Assembly (NCBI GenBank): GCA_951406725.2
Contig: OX597833.1
Location: forward strand, 45,446,001 to 45,510,000
DNA length: 64,000 nt
Direction of reading: 5' to 3'
Source of the DNA: Octopus vulgaris
Lineage: Eukaryota
Within the stretch, counting starts at the first letter, position 1, and the number at the start of each line of letters is the position of its first letter. Both the position numbers and the translations under genes were made by a program. A model generated the notes under the pieces. It worked only from the letters and a program-made list of their open reading frames with translations, searched no databases and was not told the DNA's origin. Below are positions 39,900 to 53,613 of the stretch, one piece after another.

Positions 39900-40685
39900 T
39901 TGACGGTTAGTGTTCAGTTCTCTGTTCCCTTGTCTGCCCCTCCTTCAAACTTTATAACAGGGGTTGGCTGACTGCCATCAACGAGCTTGATTGACCAGTT
40001 CAAAAGCGACATCATCAGGTATATTCGCAAAATATAGTGCTCAACTTTTTGCTGAATTTGAAAGATCCGGTTGTTGTTAATAAAGAATTTACCTAATTGG
40101 AAAAAAATATTTTCGGGCTCAAATTGAGGCAGAGACTTGCTACAGCTATCAGTCAGTTTCTGACCAATAACCACTAAGTTGGCGTTTGATGCAGTTGAGA
40201 TGCAAATGATGTAGTCAGTAACATGGAAAGATGACTCTAAATCTTTGTAGTTGGGGTGATGTTCAGGACGAAGGGATAGGTATGACAGCAGGGGCAGGAG
40301 CAAGTAGAGGTTTCAGGTTGAGTGCGGCGGTAAGAAGCGTCGTGTCTAGTTTGCGAGTAATTGAATGTAGGAAGAAGTGGATCACTTGGTTTGACGTGTC
40401 CGAGAGTTAGAGATTCGGTTATAAAAGCGAGTGGACTGTGAGCAGGTGGTTTGATATGAACCTGTGAAAAGAAGTTAAATCGAGGTGCGAGTGGAAGTCG
40501 CTAAGTTTTTAGAAGACAAAGGTGGAGAGTGGAATTTAGTAGAAATGGAGAAGTCTGAAAAGTTGAAGGGTTAGAAGAGATGGTTAGAGGTAAATTCTAA
40601 GACAGGATGGAAGGAATTAACGAAGGCAACAATAGAGTGTGAGCTGTCCAATGAGCATCTCATGAGATCGGTAGCACAATTAGTG
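39900..40685 (-). pseudogene. Decayed Penelope-like element ORF (RT thumb region plus GIY-YIG endonuclease)
   Basis: Minus frames give VAFVNSFHPVLEFT (RT C-terminal motif), then CSCPCCHTYPF and SSFHVTDYIICIS...VIGQ, matching the Cys linker and GIY-YIG start of Penelope-like elements. Heavily frameshifted. Confidence 0.7.
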
Positions 40686-40686
40686 A

Positions 40687-40734
<48 letters not shown>

Positions 40735-40971
40735 AATATATTAGAAATATTAAAATTACTAAGTCTCTCTAAAGGAGATTACGGCAGCGTTACTGGATAT
40801 TAATAGTTATCGCCATACTAATATGGCAGTCTATAAACATAAGACTAAAGCTGTCGCTGATTAGCTCCAAGAGGCCATCGCCTCTAGCTAGCTATACGAC
40901 ACACGAACCTGCGTCCATTACAACCTTCGAACAGGGGAGGTCAGCCGCTTCACCTTGCTAGTCAGACATCA

Positions 40972-41008
40972 GCAGACATGTTTCAGGGTTGTTGCCCTTT
41001 ATCAATGC
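40972..41008 (-). ncRNA. Minimal type I hammerhead with U3-A8 core, at the apex of a long imperfect hairpin (40925-41055)
   Basis: Minus strand: gca TTGATAA aggg caacaa ccct GAAA catg TC^ tgc. Stem I extends through ggtcag/ctgacc and cttcgaacag/ctgttcgaag. Confidence 0.7.
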
Positions 41009-41282
41009 AGCGTAGTCAAAACCAGCAGGTGTCGCTACTGACCGTCTGTTCGAAGATTTTATTGGAGCTAATCAGCGACAGCTTTAGTCTTATGTTTATA
41101 GACTGCCATATTAGTATGGCGATAACTATTAATATCCAGTAACGCTGCCGTAATCTCCATTAGAGAGACTTAGTAATTTAGTATTTCTATTATTGAAAAC
41201 AAGTGGATGTATTCCACTGTAACTAGGTAAATAAAATCTTCGAACAGACGGTCAGTAGCGACACCTGCTGGTTCTGACTACG

Positions 41283-41323
41283 CTGCATTGATAAAGGGCA
41301 ACAACCCTGAAACATGTCTGCAG
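41283..41323 (+). ncRNA. Minimal type I hammerhead with U3-A8 core (second copy)
   Basis: ctgca TTGATAA aggg caacaa ccct GAAA catg TC^ tgcag; stem III is the palindrome ACATGT. Confidence 0.72.
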
Positions 41324-41331
41324 ATGTTTCT

Positions 41332-41384
<53 letters not shown>

Positions 41385-42623
41385 CAACTGGCTTTTTTCA
41401 GTTTCCATCTACCAAATCAACTCACAAATCTTTGGTCAACCTGGCACCATGAACAAAGACACCTGTCCAAGTTCCCCAATGGTGAGACTGGACTTGCAGC
41501 TACACTCACATACATGTAACTATTTATCATGAATGGAACAAACAATTGTCAAATTAATAAAAAAGACAACAATAACACCGTTTTTTTTATATTAAAAAAT
41601 TTTTTTATTAATGCTTCCAGATGTATATATTTTGTGTTTTATTACAAAATTTTAAAAAGAAGAAATTTGTGAAAAAAACAAAATATCTGATAAAATTTGT
41701 TTTTGTCTATTACATATTATCATTTCCTTTTTATCTGTTGATTTACACTTGTGCATTTGTGCATGCGTGTGTGTGTTTGTGTCTGGGTGGTGGTTTACAT
41801 TGATGATAAAAAAAAAATCATAAAATTCTAGCAATTGGCAAAAAGTGAATGAGGGTGGGGTTATGAGATGAATAATGAATATTAATGAGATTGTGCTTTT
41901 TGGGTGGTAGTTTAGTATTTTGGAATTTACCACAAAAAAAAAAGATAAATAAAAAATAAAACAAAATAAAATTTTTTTAATAAAAAAACCATAAAAAAAA
42001 CAAACTAATCCCTCTATGTTCCTATTCTGATATTCTTACTTTTTATTCTCTACAATGGTTTCAGTGATTGAACAATGCTGGGGGACCCACCTATAAAGGT
42101 ATTTGGTAATGTATTTATTTTATTGAATACAAGGAGAATGAGAGTCCAAGGTAACCAAGGCAGGTAATTCTTTTAACTTGGAAAGTACATAAACAGATAT
42201 GACCAAATAGAACAAGGTGTTTTATTCAACACTGTTGATTATGATTATGTCATCCACTGCTCTCATACCTACACACATATATACACACACATGCATGCAC
42301 ACACATTTAATATATTTAATGTGTCTAATTTATTTATCTGCATAATTGCCTCTACACCCACTCAGATTGATCTCTCTTTTCACCTTTCCTTACCTTGTGG
42401 AATCGACCCCCTGTAAACACATTGGCATCTAAGTGTGCATTAGCTCCCTCCATACATCAAATTGAACAGGTGCATGGTGTACCACACATCAAGTGGTGAA
42501 TTGACCACAGAACAATGGGAGATGATGGGTTTTGCTACAGAACACAATCTGGACCAGGAGCTAAAACTACAATCTTGTTATCATGTGTTTGTTACTCAAA
42601 CCACAAATCCATGTGTCTTCACC

Positions 42624-42738
<115 letters not shown>

Positions 42739-43057
42739 GTATATATATATATGTATGTACATATATATGTATGCACATATATATACACCCATGCATACAT
42801 GAATATACATATGAATGTATATATGAAAGAAATTATATTGTGAATAATAGGCATGTTTAAAATGAAGTTTAGTTGGACATGCCCAGACAATGAGAATAAA
42901 GGATATAGAGGTTAAAATGACTGGTCAAAATCTGAAGATTTGGGGCCCCAAAGCCAAAAGCTATCATGAAGAAAGGGTAGTACTTGAACCAGATTTGGTG
43001 AAGGTGTGACTGATTTTGATTGGTTAGTTGACATGCAAACATACATACATATGCATA

Positions 43058-43109
<52 letters not shown>

Positions 43110-43128
43110 CATATATATATATACATAC

Positions 43129-43159
<31 letters not shown>

Positions 43160-43412
43160 TATACACCCACACACATAGGTTCCATCCTCTTTGGATGTAT
43201 TTAGGCAGTGTTTTACATATATGCTCATATATTACAAATACACAAACACACACACACAAATATATATTCTTGCATGTTTATCTATTCTCATGTATATTCA
43301 CTTTATATGCATACACATACCATATATATACATTTTCACGCATACTTATTTACATACATTTTTACATCTATACATGCCAAAAAACCCAAGTGTGTATAAG
43401 TATATATATTTG

Positions 43413-43443
<31 letters not shown>

Positions 43444-45306
43444 ATATGTATGTATTTATGTATGTACGATGTATATGTGTATATTTGTGTGTCAGTGTGT
43501 GTGTGTATTTTTGTGTGTATGTACATATATGATATTTATTCCTAAGATTGGCACAAGGCCTCAAACTTTCACAGGTGGACATAGGAAGATATACTTTATT
43601 AAATCAACACCAATATTTGGCTGGTACATTATTTTATAAAACCCCTGAGGGAGGGAAGACCTAGTTGACCTCAGTTACAGTTTGAACTTAGAATGTTAAG
43701 TACTGTATTTGAATACATAAAGGTCTTTTGCCTGATACAACCATTTTGCATATCTACCAAATATTAACTTTTTTATAGAGGTATAAAGCCTCGGTTTGGA
43801 GGATGGCTGTAGTTGATTATATCAACCCTAATATCTGACTTGTACTTTATTTTTTGACCTTTAGGAGAATGAAAGGCAAAGTTCAGCTCAGCAGGATTTG
43901 AACTTAGAATTTCAAATTCACAGTTAAACACTGCAAGGCATTTTGTCTGTTATTATAATGATCCTGCAAATCCATCTAAAATTGGTTTCAAATTTTGCCA
44001 CAAGGCCAGAAATATCGGTGATGGGGTGGGTGTAAGTCGATTACATTGACCCCAATGCTCAGTTGGTATTTACTTTATTGACCCTGAAAGGGTGATAGGC
44101 AAAGTTGACCTCTGGGGAATTTGAAATCGGAACACAAAGTCAGATAAAATGCCGTGAAGAATTTCGCCTGGTGTGTTCATGATTCTGCCAGCTTGCTGCC
44201 TTCAATCCAACTAATATTAACACAGGCTCTGCTTAGTTTAATTACAAAATAAAAAAAAAAAAGGAATATATTATTGTTGTGTTGTGAAATTTAGTCATAG
44301 AAAATAGTGAATGTGGAAGCTGAGAAAACAAATATTCACATCTAAGAGAGAAAGATACCCTTTACCAAATGATACAATGGTAATTACTGTTGCATTAATA
44401 AATGCATTTGTAGAATTTGCTGCCAATACGATATCATAAACCCATAACTGGTTGGCTTATTTATATTTGATTTAGAAATGCTTGTAATGAGTTGCATTAG
44501 TATTGAGTCAAGAATTTAACATTTGTGTTCTTGAAACATAGGATTGTTATCTTGTAATGTACTAATGGAAAGGGATGGATGGTTTCATTGAGAAAAGCCA
44601 GTGTCATTGTCTGGAAGTACTGTTTTTAAAATTATATGATGTTTCCAGTTTCTTCTTTAGCAGTGATAATGTTAAATGAGCAAAAAGATATTTGGATATT
44701 GTGAGCCTTAGATCTCTGTTTCAAAATCTATTTTATCATTATTATCATTATTATTATCATTTAGAATAATAGCTTGAAATTTTCATACTATGGCCTTATT
44801 TTTTTGTAAATCAATTTTCTACATTACATTTCAGTCGAGCTATTCTCATGTCTTCCTATTTCTGACAACAGAAAAGCATCAAAACCTTGCTTTAAATGTA
44901 AAAGGTTTAAAAAATGACCTTTGAACGTAGCTGTGAGATATGTTTAAGGGTGGGCCTCTTGAGGATGATTGAAATGTGTAGAAAATAGAAATATGACTGT
45001 TAAGGTTAATAGTCTAGAAGACTTTCTTTCAGTTTACATATATTTGCAACAAATCATTGCTTTGTTGTTATTTGTATGCAAATAAATAAACTTTCAAAAA
45101 ATTATTTGGTGAAATTTTTAAATTTCTAAAATTAATTCTGGCAAAAATTTTTTTTTAGTTATCAGGTTCTTTTTGATGTGCATTCAGAGATTAAGCATAA
45201 TTTTTTTGAAGAATATTAAAGAAGAAAAATATTGAAATTTACTAAGTGTGGAACTAACTGAAAGATAAATAGCTTTAGTGATTTAAGAAGAAAGCATTTT
45301 AATAAA

Positions 45307-45362
<56 letters not shown>

Positions 45363-45460
45363 CATTATTATTATTATTAAAATATATTCCAATTATGCAA
45401 TGGAAGCATCTCTATAATGTAAATATTATCAATACCACATATTTAATATATGTGTATTGT

Positions 45461-45667
45461 TTAACCCTTCAGTATTTAAATTACTGCATCAAATGTAATA
45501 CTTATTTATTCCCATTTTTTAAAATTAATCATGCATTACCTTAGAGCTTTGAGAGTTTGATGATGTGATTGTTTAATTTTAGAATGACATTGCAGGGTAA
45601 GTGTGAGAGGCCAGATCTGGCTGGTTTGAATATAAAACAGGTAGAATTCTAAATTCTAAAGAGTTAA
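45461..45667. mobile_element. piggyBac-like MITE
   Basis: ttaa|cccttcag ... ctaaagag|ttaa. A related partial copy, split by a SINE, lies at ~57250-57953. Confidence 0.55.
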
Positions 45668-45751
45668 CTGCCAAAAACTGTGGTTTTTCAACTAGAAAAA
45701 TCTCTTCTTCAATGTCATGTACAGTTTTAAAAAATACAATATACTTTAGAG

Positions 45752-46042
45752 CAGTGGTTCCCAAAGTGAGCGGTACTGCCCCCTTGGGGTGGTGGAAAGA
45801 TTCAGGGGGAGTGTTGAAGAAAAGAGGTGTGATAATGAGGAAGCCAAAAGGGGCCAATGGATGTAAAAGAAACCAAAATAATGAGTTAATTAGATTAAGT
45901 TTTATTGGTGATGTACAGTTGCTTAGAATTTGCCACAGAAAGTGGTCTATGTTTATGGTGGTGAGTAAGGTAGGTGGGGGCATTGGGAATGTGACCTGGA
46001 TGCCAGTAGGATGGCAGCCTGAAAAAAGTTTGGGAAGCACTG
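45752..46042. mobile_element. hAT-type MITE
   Basis: TIRs cagtggttcccaaagt / agtttgggaagcactg; 8-bp TSD ctttagag/ctatagag. Confidence 0.82.
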
Positions 46043-46612
46043 CTATAGAGTCTGGCAATTTCATTTTACTTAGTGCTGAGGTATATTGTGTTTTTTTAAT
46101 ACTATACATATGTCTTTAAAAGGATTTTTCCCTGATGAAAAACTGCAGCTTTTGGCATTTAAATGGCACGTGTGCATTAAGTATGTGGTATCGATAATAT
46201 TTATTATTATTACTATTTTCCTAAACAGTGACTTTCATTCAAAAACAATATCCTTTCTTTGGCATTTCTTCCTTTAATGAAAAATTGTAACTGTTTCTTT
46301 TCAGTGTTATTCTACTCAAAGATTCAGTGCATTAAATTGAATTAGTATAGCTTTTCATAATTTGGTGCAATACTTAAAGAAACTTGATAGAGATTGTTTT
46401 CTTTGTTTCAGTAATATATTATTGGTTTTCTTTTAGTATGGCTCAGAGCCAACTTTTGTGAAAGAGCAAAGATAGTTTATTGATTTGACTCTAGCTCTGA
46501 AAAATATGGAAAGCAAAGTTGACACCAGTGGAATATGGATTTAGAATGCAGAGAGCCATGACTAGCAAATGTTACTCATTCAACTGTTTCGTTGAATTGC
46601 CAAACTTGCTAT

Positions 46613-46698
<86 letters not shown>

Positions 46699-46702
46699 GT
46701 AC

Positions 46703-46849
<147 letters not shown>

Positions 46850-47233
46850 ACTCCCCTGTCAAAGATGCTGTACGTCTTCAGTCTTTGCCAAACGACCTGC
46901 ACAAATGATTTTGTTTATAGTGATCAAATGCATGTGCTGTACATTAGCTCACACCTCCATCAAATCGGCATTGCCTGAAAAGGTACATGGTGTACCATGC
47001 GCCAGGTGCTAAAGTGATCACAGAGCAGCATGGGATTAAGTGTCGTGCTCAAGAACACAAAGCAGCACCTAGTGTAGGAATTGAAACCACAATCATGCGA
47101 CCGTGAGTGCAACACCCTAAACACTAGGCCATACACTCCCACTACATATATATATATATATAAATACACAATACATATATAAAAATACATACATATACAT
47201 ATATATATATAAATTTACATATATATATATATA

Positions 47234-47304
<71 letters not shown>

Positions 47305-47503
47305 GCATACACACACACACACATATATATATAAACATGTATACATACATAATATATATACATCTATATATATATAAACATATATATATATATATATATA
47401 CACATATATACATACATACACACATATATACACTCATAGCCATATATATGTGTGTGTGTAAGCAAACTTTTATTTTGTTTTTAGAACCATTGAATGTGTA
47501 CCA

Positions 47504-47741
47504 TATTGTACAGACAAGAAGGTAATATTTTGAATGTAGTATAACCATAAAAATATATATGATTGGGTATTATTACTCTTATAAGATGGAAAAAAAGTTG
47601 TATCTGAGGGATGTGGATTTGAGTCCCATGGTTGTTTTTTGACCACCTTTTTTCCGTCTTATAAAGGTAATATTACATAATCTTTTGGGTGTTTTCACAG
47701 CTATACTGCATTCGAAATATTAACCTTTGTGTCTGTACAAT
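47504..47741. mobile_element. Palindromic MITE with ~100-bp inverted arms
   Basis: tattgtacagacaagaagg ... cctttgtgtctgtacaata; related copy at ~6743-6884. Confidence 0.65.
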
Positions 47742-47764
47742 ATATATATATATATATATATATA

Positions 47765-48144
47765 TCTAATGTAGGATAAAATTTTTTTCGAAAACGATAT
47801 TTTTTAGAAAAAAATTTTATCAATGGCCAGCATATTAAAAAATACCTCTAACGGTTAAATTTATAAACAATTCATAAATGAGGGCAAAGGAAAAGATTTC
47901 TAATGCCAAATATGCCGAAAAATTGGACATATTGTCCATTAACCATATAATTTTTTCACAATACACACGCTACTCGAAAAAAGGTCGACAGAAATTTCTA
48001 AAAAATTCCAATAATAGAGAAATTTCTGTCGACCTTTTTTCGAGTAGCATGTGTATTGTGAAAAAATTATATGGTTAATGGACAATATGTCCAATTTTTC
48101 GGCATATTTAGCATTAGAAATTTTTTCCTTTGCCCTCATTTATG

Positions 48145-48148
<4 letters not shown>
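47765..48148. mobile_element. Fold-back relic of the same family as the hammerhead element at 31680-32060
   Basis: Near-perfect ~130-bp arms 47871-47999 / 48018-48148 with a short spacer. The sequence matches 31816-32058, i.e. the part 3' of the hammerhead. Confidence 0.8.
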
Positions 48149-48180
<32 letters not shown>

Positions 48181-48740
48181 ACATTCTTTTCAGTGATTTG
48201 CTGGAAAAGTATTATCGTTGTTTTTGAGCAACTTAAAGTTTTACTCAAATACTGTATTTGAGGGTATATAAGACAGACATTGTTTCTCCGAAAAATTATC
48301 TCAAAAAATTAAAATTACCTGAGGTCCTATGTGCAAATTTTGTTCTCCCATGATTAACTAATTTTGTCCCTGATACTGAAAATTCACAGCAGAAATCAGA
48401 GTGCATCTAATATAACGCTGTGTCTTTTATGCCATGAATTACAGCATACTATTCTTCCTATGTATATATTTTTTAGAAGATATCAAATATCTTAAAACTT
48501 AGCTTCTTTCCAACTAATGTAAAAGTGGTCAAGTGGAACACAAATGATATTTATAGTAAGTCTTATCTAAATAGTTCTGAATTGTCATTTTTTAACCTTC
48601 TTAGTCAAATTACTATATATTTTCTTATTCCTACACACATTTCTATTTAAAAAACTTGATTACAACAATCCTGTGGTATGGTTTAATTTTTAGATATTGC
48701 CTATTTTCTCCAACTCTTGTGTAATTTCTCAAAGTCCACC

Positions 48741-48892
48741 TCAATTGCTTGGTAAACCTTCATTTTGTTGAGCTCTGGCACTCATCTTAAGACGAATGTT
48801 TACTATAAATGATAGTACAGAACCTAAATAGAAAGCTACTCCACATCCATAAAACACATCTGCAAAGTGTCCTGTTGTATCGTACACCAATC
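48741..48892 (-). CDS. SLC16/MCT-like MFS transporter, terminal coding exon
   Basis: ttatag|GA, phase 1; GLVYDTTGHFADVFYGCGVAFYLGSVLSFIVNIRLKMSARAQQNEGLPSN*. Joins the previous exon to give GPPLFGLVYDTTG, the MCT TM11 motif. Confidence 0.9.
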
Positions 48893-49495
48893 CTATAAGA
48901 TAATAAAAGAAAATTGAGAGAAGAATTGAGATAACTGAACCACAAGTTGGGGAGGAAAAGTGAAAATCAAGGTTTAAAATAAAACAATTGTGGCATAACG
49001 AAGTAAAAAAATTCCTTTTTTTTGCTGGTATTTTTTGTTCCATTATTATTTTCATATAATTATTATATTATTGTGGGTATGTGGTTAATTAGTTTGCCTC
49101 ACAACCATATAATTCTGCAATCAGTCCCACTATGCAGTACTTTCTATCATAGATAAAAACTGTTGGAAGACCACTGTATATATATATATATATATATACA
49201 TACACATACAAGTCCGACTCTGTGCGGACGTCCAAGTATACAGTTCTGCAAATTATATTCACTTGGACGGCCACACCGAAGATCTACGGACATCGTACGT
49301 AAGTTAAATTACGTAATATGGCAATAGTGAAACATGTATGTGAATAATTCATATTTTTATTGCTTTTCTTTTGTCTTACTCGATTACATTTTGGTTATTT
49401 GCTGAATTTATTTCTGGAGAACATTTCTTAGTGGTAAGACCATAGCGGATCTACTTCTAGCATAAGGGCATCCGCATATTGGTTTCCCTCTCATA

Positions 49496-49579
<84 letters not shown>

Positions 49580-49661
49580 TAATGAAATTCCAACTTAGTT
49601 TGATTTTCATGTTTTATTATTTAAAATTAACACAATTTTGAGATAAACTAGTACTTTACTG

Positions 49662-50386
49662 GGATCTTTTCAGTTTGGCCGTCACTCTTTAATTTCTTCA
49701 ATTTCTGTGCCCATTGATTTCATATTACGTGTATTGATGTAGTTTTGTAAGGTCATTATTGACATGAAATTCATTTTCGCCATAGATCAATAAATAAAGA
49801 GTTAATAGTTTTTCGAGTCAACAAATTTTGGGTAATTTTCGCCAATTATATGCTACAGACACATTCATGCTCATTTCCATAGTAACAAGCCAAGCTGTTC
49901 CCAAACTATTTACTAACGAGGTCATTTTTCGCTTATTTATTTGGGATCATAAGATGTGCTAAAAATAATAGCTAAATAGGTTTTTAATCACGCGCTAAAG
50001 TGTTTTTTTTTTTGTTTTTGCATAATTGTATGAATTCTTATGTGTAGAATACAAATTTACAAAAATTTCCTGAAAATACCAAAAAAATAAAAAAATTTAT
50101 GAGGTGTTATATGGCGTGTGTAAAGCAGAATTCCACTAATATTTCACTTGTTTACAGTTGACAACACATGCTGTCATGCACAAAAAGGCAGCTTCCACAT
50201 CTTGCTTTCTGACTGGGTAAAGATGATCAAACTTTAAATCTCTGAAACTCTTTTTTAAAATTTTTTCTAGAAAAAGTTAAATATTCCCCCAATATTCAGC
50301 ATGGAAAGTTACATCAATATACCAAATTTCAAAATTTTCACTAAACTTTGAAATTTCTACAAGTGCACCCAAACAAAAAAAGATTC
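49662..50386. mobile_element. Older, longer GGATC-terminus element
   Basis: ggatcttttcagtttggccgtcact ... agtgcacccaaacaaaaaaagattc; flanks ctttactg/ctttcatg (degenerate 8-bp TSD). Confidence 0.55.
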
Positions 50387-50421
50387 CTTTCATGGGTTAT
50401 GCAATCAGCAGGTTTATGTAG

Positions 50422-51230
50422 TGTTGTAACGTAATTGTTATGTGCAATGAATAAAATAACCAGACAAAAGTGAAAACAATGTGACGAACTAACAAATCTC
50501 TTTATGAACCAACAATCAATATTCCTTGTGAACTAAACAACCAGCACCTTCTGATTTCATTGCAAACTAACTCGAACTTCACTCGACTCCGAACTCTGAG
50601 CTCAAACTCACTCGGATCGTTACTATTTATACATTACTCACACCAGTCTATCTCTCGCAAGGGGGCGTCATAACTCTCATCACAACGTCTCCCCTATTGA
50701 AATTTCGACTACTGTAAGAATGTGGAATTTCTTTTATTTTAATTTTTTCCTTTCCAGCACCTCTCCCATTTTTTTTACTGAAAGTTTGATATCTTTTTCG
50801 TTTAGGTATTACTTTTAGATATTCAATCTGTTTTCATTTTCTGAAGCTAGTTCTACAGGGTTCAGTATCTCTTGGTGCTGGCACTTCAAACATATCACAG
50901 AAGACTTCCATTGGCATTACCCTTCGTTCTTCTGTATGTCTCATCTTCAACTGGTTAAGGTGTCTCTTATGTTCCGAACATTGTCCTTTAATTAAATACA
51001 TCATGTTACCTAATCTTTTGATTACACAGCCATCCTCCCAACCTTCTTCACCATTTTTGTAATTTTTAAAATGAACTTTATCTCCTTCGAAATGTTTTGT
51101 AACATTTCTTGCATTTCCGTCAAATGTATATTTTGCTTTTCCTTTATATATATTTTTTCCTGGCAATAATTTATCGAAGATCGATTTTATTTTACATGCA
51201 AACATTAACTCTACTGGTTAACACATATTC
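50422..51230 (-). mobile_element. Ty3/Gypsy LTR retrotransposon relic: integrase C-terminus, PPT and 3' LTR
   Basis: ORF 50834-51205 (MFACKIKSIFDKLLP...GDKVHFKNYKNG...WEDGCVIKRLGNMMY...HKRHLNQL). Purine tract aaaaaaatgggagagg precedes a TG...CA LTR at ~50759-50422. Confidence 0.75.
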
Positions 51231-51299
51231 ACATTTGAAACTTGAGAAAAGTTTTGCATATTTTTACTGTTCCAATCACAAATTAGACTCGTAATGTAC

Positions 51300-51600
51300 G
51301 AATTACCGGTCGATTTCTCTTTCTGAAAATCCTAGTTTATCCAGATTCTCCTATAAGCTTTTAGTAATAAAACCTAGTGCTCCAATTATTATTGGTATGA
51401 ATATGAATTCATAGTCTGGATATAGAACAAACCCCCAAGCTGGGGGTTTCGAAGCAGTTGTCCATAGATATCCTCTTTTCCTTTGAACAAACTGCTATGC
51501 TGGTACATACTTTTGTCCCTCTGTCCCAAACAACAATATCTGGCCTGTTATGCTTACATTTGACAGAAGTTTTGATGGGAAAATTCCACCAGTATTCCTT
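51300..51600 (-). pseudogene. Restriction-like endonuclease (RLE) domain fragment of an R4/NeSL-type non-LTR retrotransposon
   Basis: KEYWWNFPIKTSVKCKHNRPDIVVWDR, then in shifted frames KEDIYGQL and YPDYEFIFIPIIIGALG. Confidence 0.7.
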
Positions 51601-51859
51601 TATGTATGTATGTATGTATGTATGTATGTATGTATATCTTTTATTTGGTTCAGTCGTTAGACTGTGGCCATGCTGGGGCACTGCCATCAGGAAATATTTC
51701 AGTTGATGTAATTGAACCAGTACTTCTTTTCTTTTTTTTAAAGCCTGGTACTTATTCTATCGGGATCTTTTGCTGAACCACTAAGTTATGGGTATATATA
51801 CACACCAACACCGGCTGTCAAATGGTGGTGGGGGACAAACACACACACGCATATATGTG

Positions 51860-51909
<50 letters not shown>

Positions 51910-51943
51910 TGTGTGTCTGTGTGTGTGTGTATCAGTGTGTGTA

Positions 51944-51997
<54 letters not shown>

Positions 51998-52838
51998 CTG
52001 GATGTGTAATGTCAGTATACACGCACGACAGAGTGTAAGCGCCCTGAGAAAAATGCTGGACATAAGAAAAGAAGCATTGGATGTGGTGTACAAGAGAGAC
52101 GTTTGCGCTGGTATGGTCATGTACTACGGATGGATGAGAAGAGATGTGTGTAGAAGTGCCACTCCCAAACAGTTGAAGGAATCCGGGGTAGAGGTAGACC
52201 CAGGAAGACATGGGATGAGGTGGTCAAGTATGATCTTCGAACGTTGGGCCTCACAGAGGCAATGACGGAAGACCGAAACCTTGGAGATATGCTGTAACTG
52301 CGAAGACCCGACAAATAACGTGAGTTCATGGCTGTTTCCTGCACCAGCTTCACATGGCAGCCCCAGCCCCAGCCCATCCAAAGTATCCTGGATCGTAGGA
52401 TGGCCTGCTGTGCTTACCTTGGATCGTAGGGTAACCTGCTGTGCTTGAGGAGACCCATTGAGTCAAGTACATCAACATCAAAATAAAAATCAAATGGAAA
52501 TTGTAGTTGTGATACTCGTGCCGGTGGCACGTAAAAAGCACCATCCAAACGTGGCCGATGCCAGTGCCGCCTTGACTGGCTTCCGTGCCGGTGGAACGTA
52601 AACAGCAACAACCGATCATGGCTGTTGCCAGATTCCCCTGGCATCTGTGCCGGTGGGACGTAAAAAGCACTCACTACACTCACGGAGTGGTTGGCGTTAA
52701 GAAGGGCATCCAGCTGTAGAAACACTGTCAGATCAGACTGGAGCCTGGTGCAGCCTCCTGGCTTCTCAGACCCCGGTCAAACCGTCCAACCCATGCTAGC
52801 ATGAAAAACAGACGTTAAACGATGATGAGAATGATGAT
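51998..52838 (+). mobile_element. RTE-clade LINE 3' fragment abutting the microsatellite of a SINE
   Basis: WMCNVSIHARQSVSALRKMLDIR...RPRKTWDEVV, homologous to 22490-22810; ends in a (gat)n tail. Confidence 0.85.
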
Positions 52839-52851
52839 ATATGTGTGAATG

Positions 52852-52883
<32 letters not shown>

Positions 52884-52930
52884 TGTGTAAAATAATAGAA
52901 AATTGACTGAATGACATACTTTATTAAAAA

Positions 52931-53049
52931 TCATTACAATTGTTTCAATGCATTTTTACACTCATAGTACATTGACGAGATGATATGATTAACATATTGT
53001 GTAATCATTATCATCCATCAAAGGTGCAAGATGTGTTCCTTCAGGATGA
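52931..53049 (-). ncRNA. Decayed hammerhead-like motif with long stem II
   Basis: Minus strand: tcat-c CTGAAGG ...(hairpin gatgataatgatta/taatcatatcatc)... GAAA caattg TA atga; stem III is the palindrome ACAATTGT. Confidence 0.35.
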
Positions 53050-53613
53050 GATCTCGTTCAAAATATATTTAGTTGCACATTTCATTAACACACGATGATT
53101 ATTAGTTACATAATGTAAATTATATTATCAAAACTTATTGTCAAATCATATGAGATGTGTAATTTTTGGATGTAAAATAACTGGATTTTCGAAATGTAGA
53201 CATGTTGAGAGAGTCAGGCATTGTGAAAATGGCAAGTGACTTTCAATTAAGACTAGGAAGCGATTTATACTTGTATTAGGGGAAACCCATATATATGTAT
53301 ATAAACAAATTTAAACCGAGTTCAAATATGCTTGAGAGATAGCAAACCTGTAAAAGGCTTTTTACTACAGTTTTTCACAGAGAAAACATTTTTACTTAAA
53401 GCAATAAGGTGTCTGCTCAGAACATTCTCTATTTCTTTATTGGACTGATAGATGTATTTTGTATGTTTTACTTCTCTTCAGTATCAGATACCAAAGAGAA
53501 ACAACTCTGTTATCAGTCAATAATATTGATTGATTTCTTATAAATGAAGAAAACTTCACTTCTTAGTCACAACAATAAACATAATATGCTAATCAAGTAA
53601 ATACGCTACTTAC

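Larger units (their letters stand above)
40746..41327. mobile_element. Young non-coding element with two interleaved inverted repeats (A-x-B'-A'-y-B) between (TA)n tracts
   Basis: A 40746-40870 vs A' 41062-41187, and B' ~40965-41063 vs B 41231-41327; both pairs are near-identical. Confidence 0.85.

Noticed and set aside
47878-48139. Near-identical 66-aa ORFs on opposite strands
   Set aside because: A consequence of a fold-back repeat, not genes.
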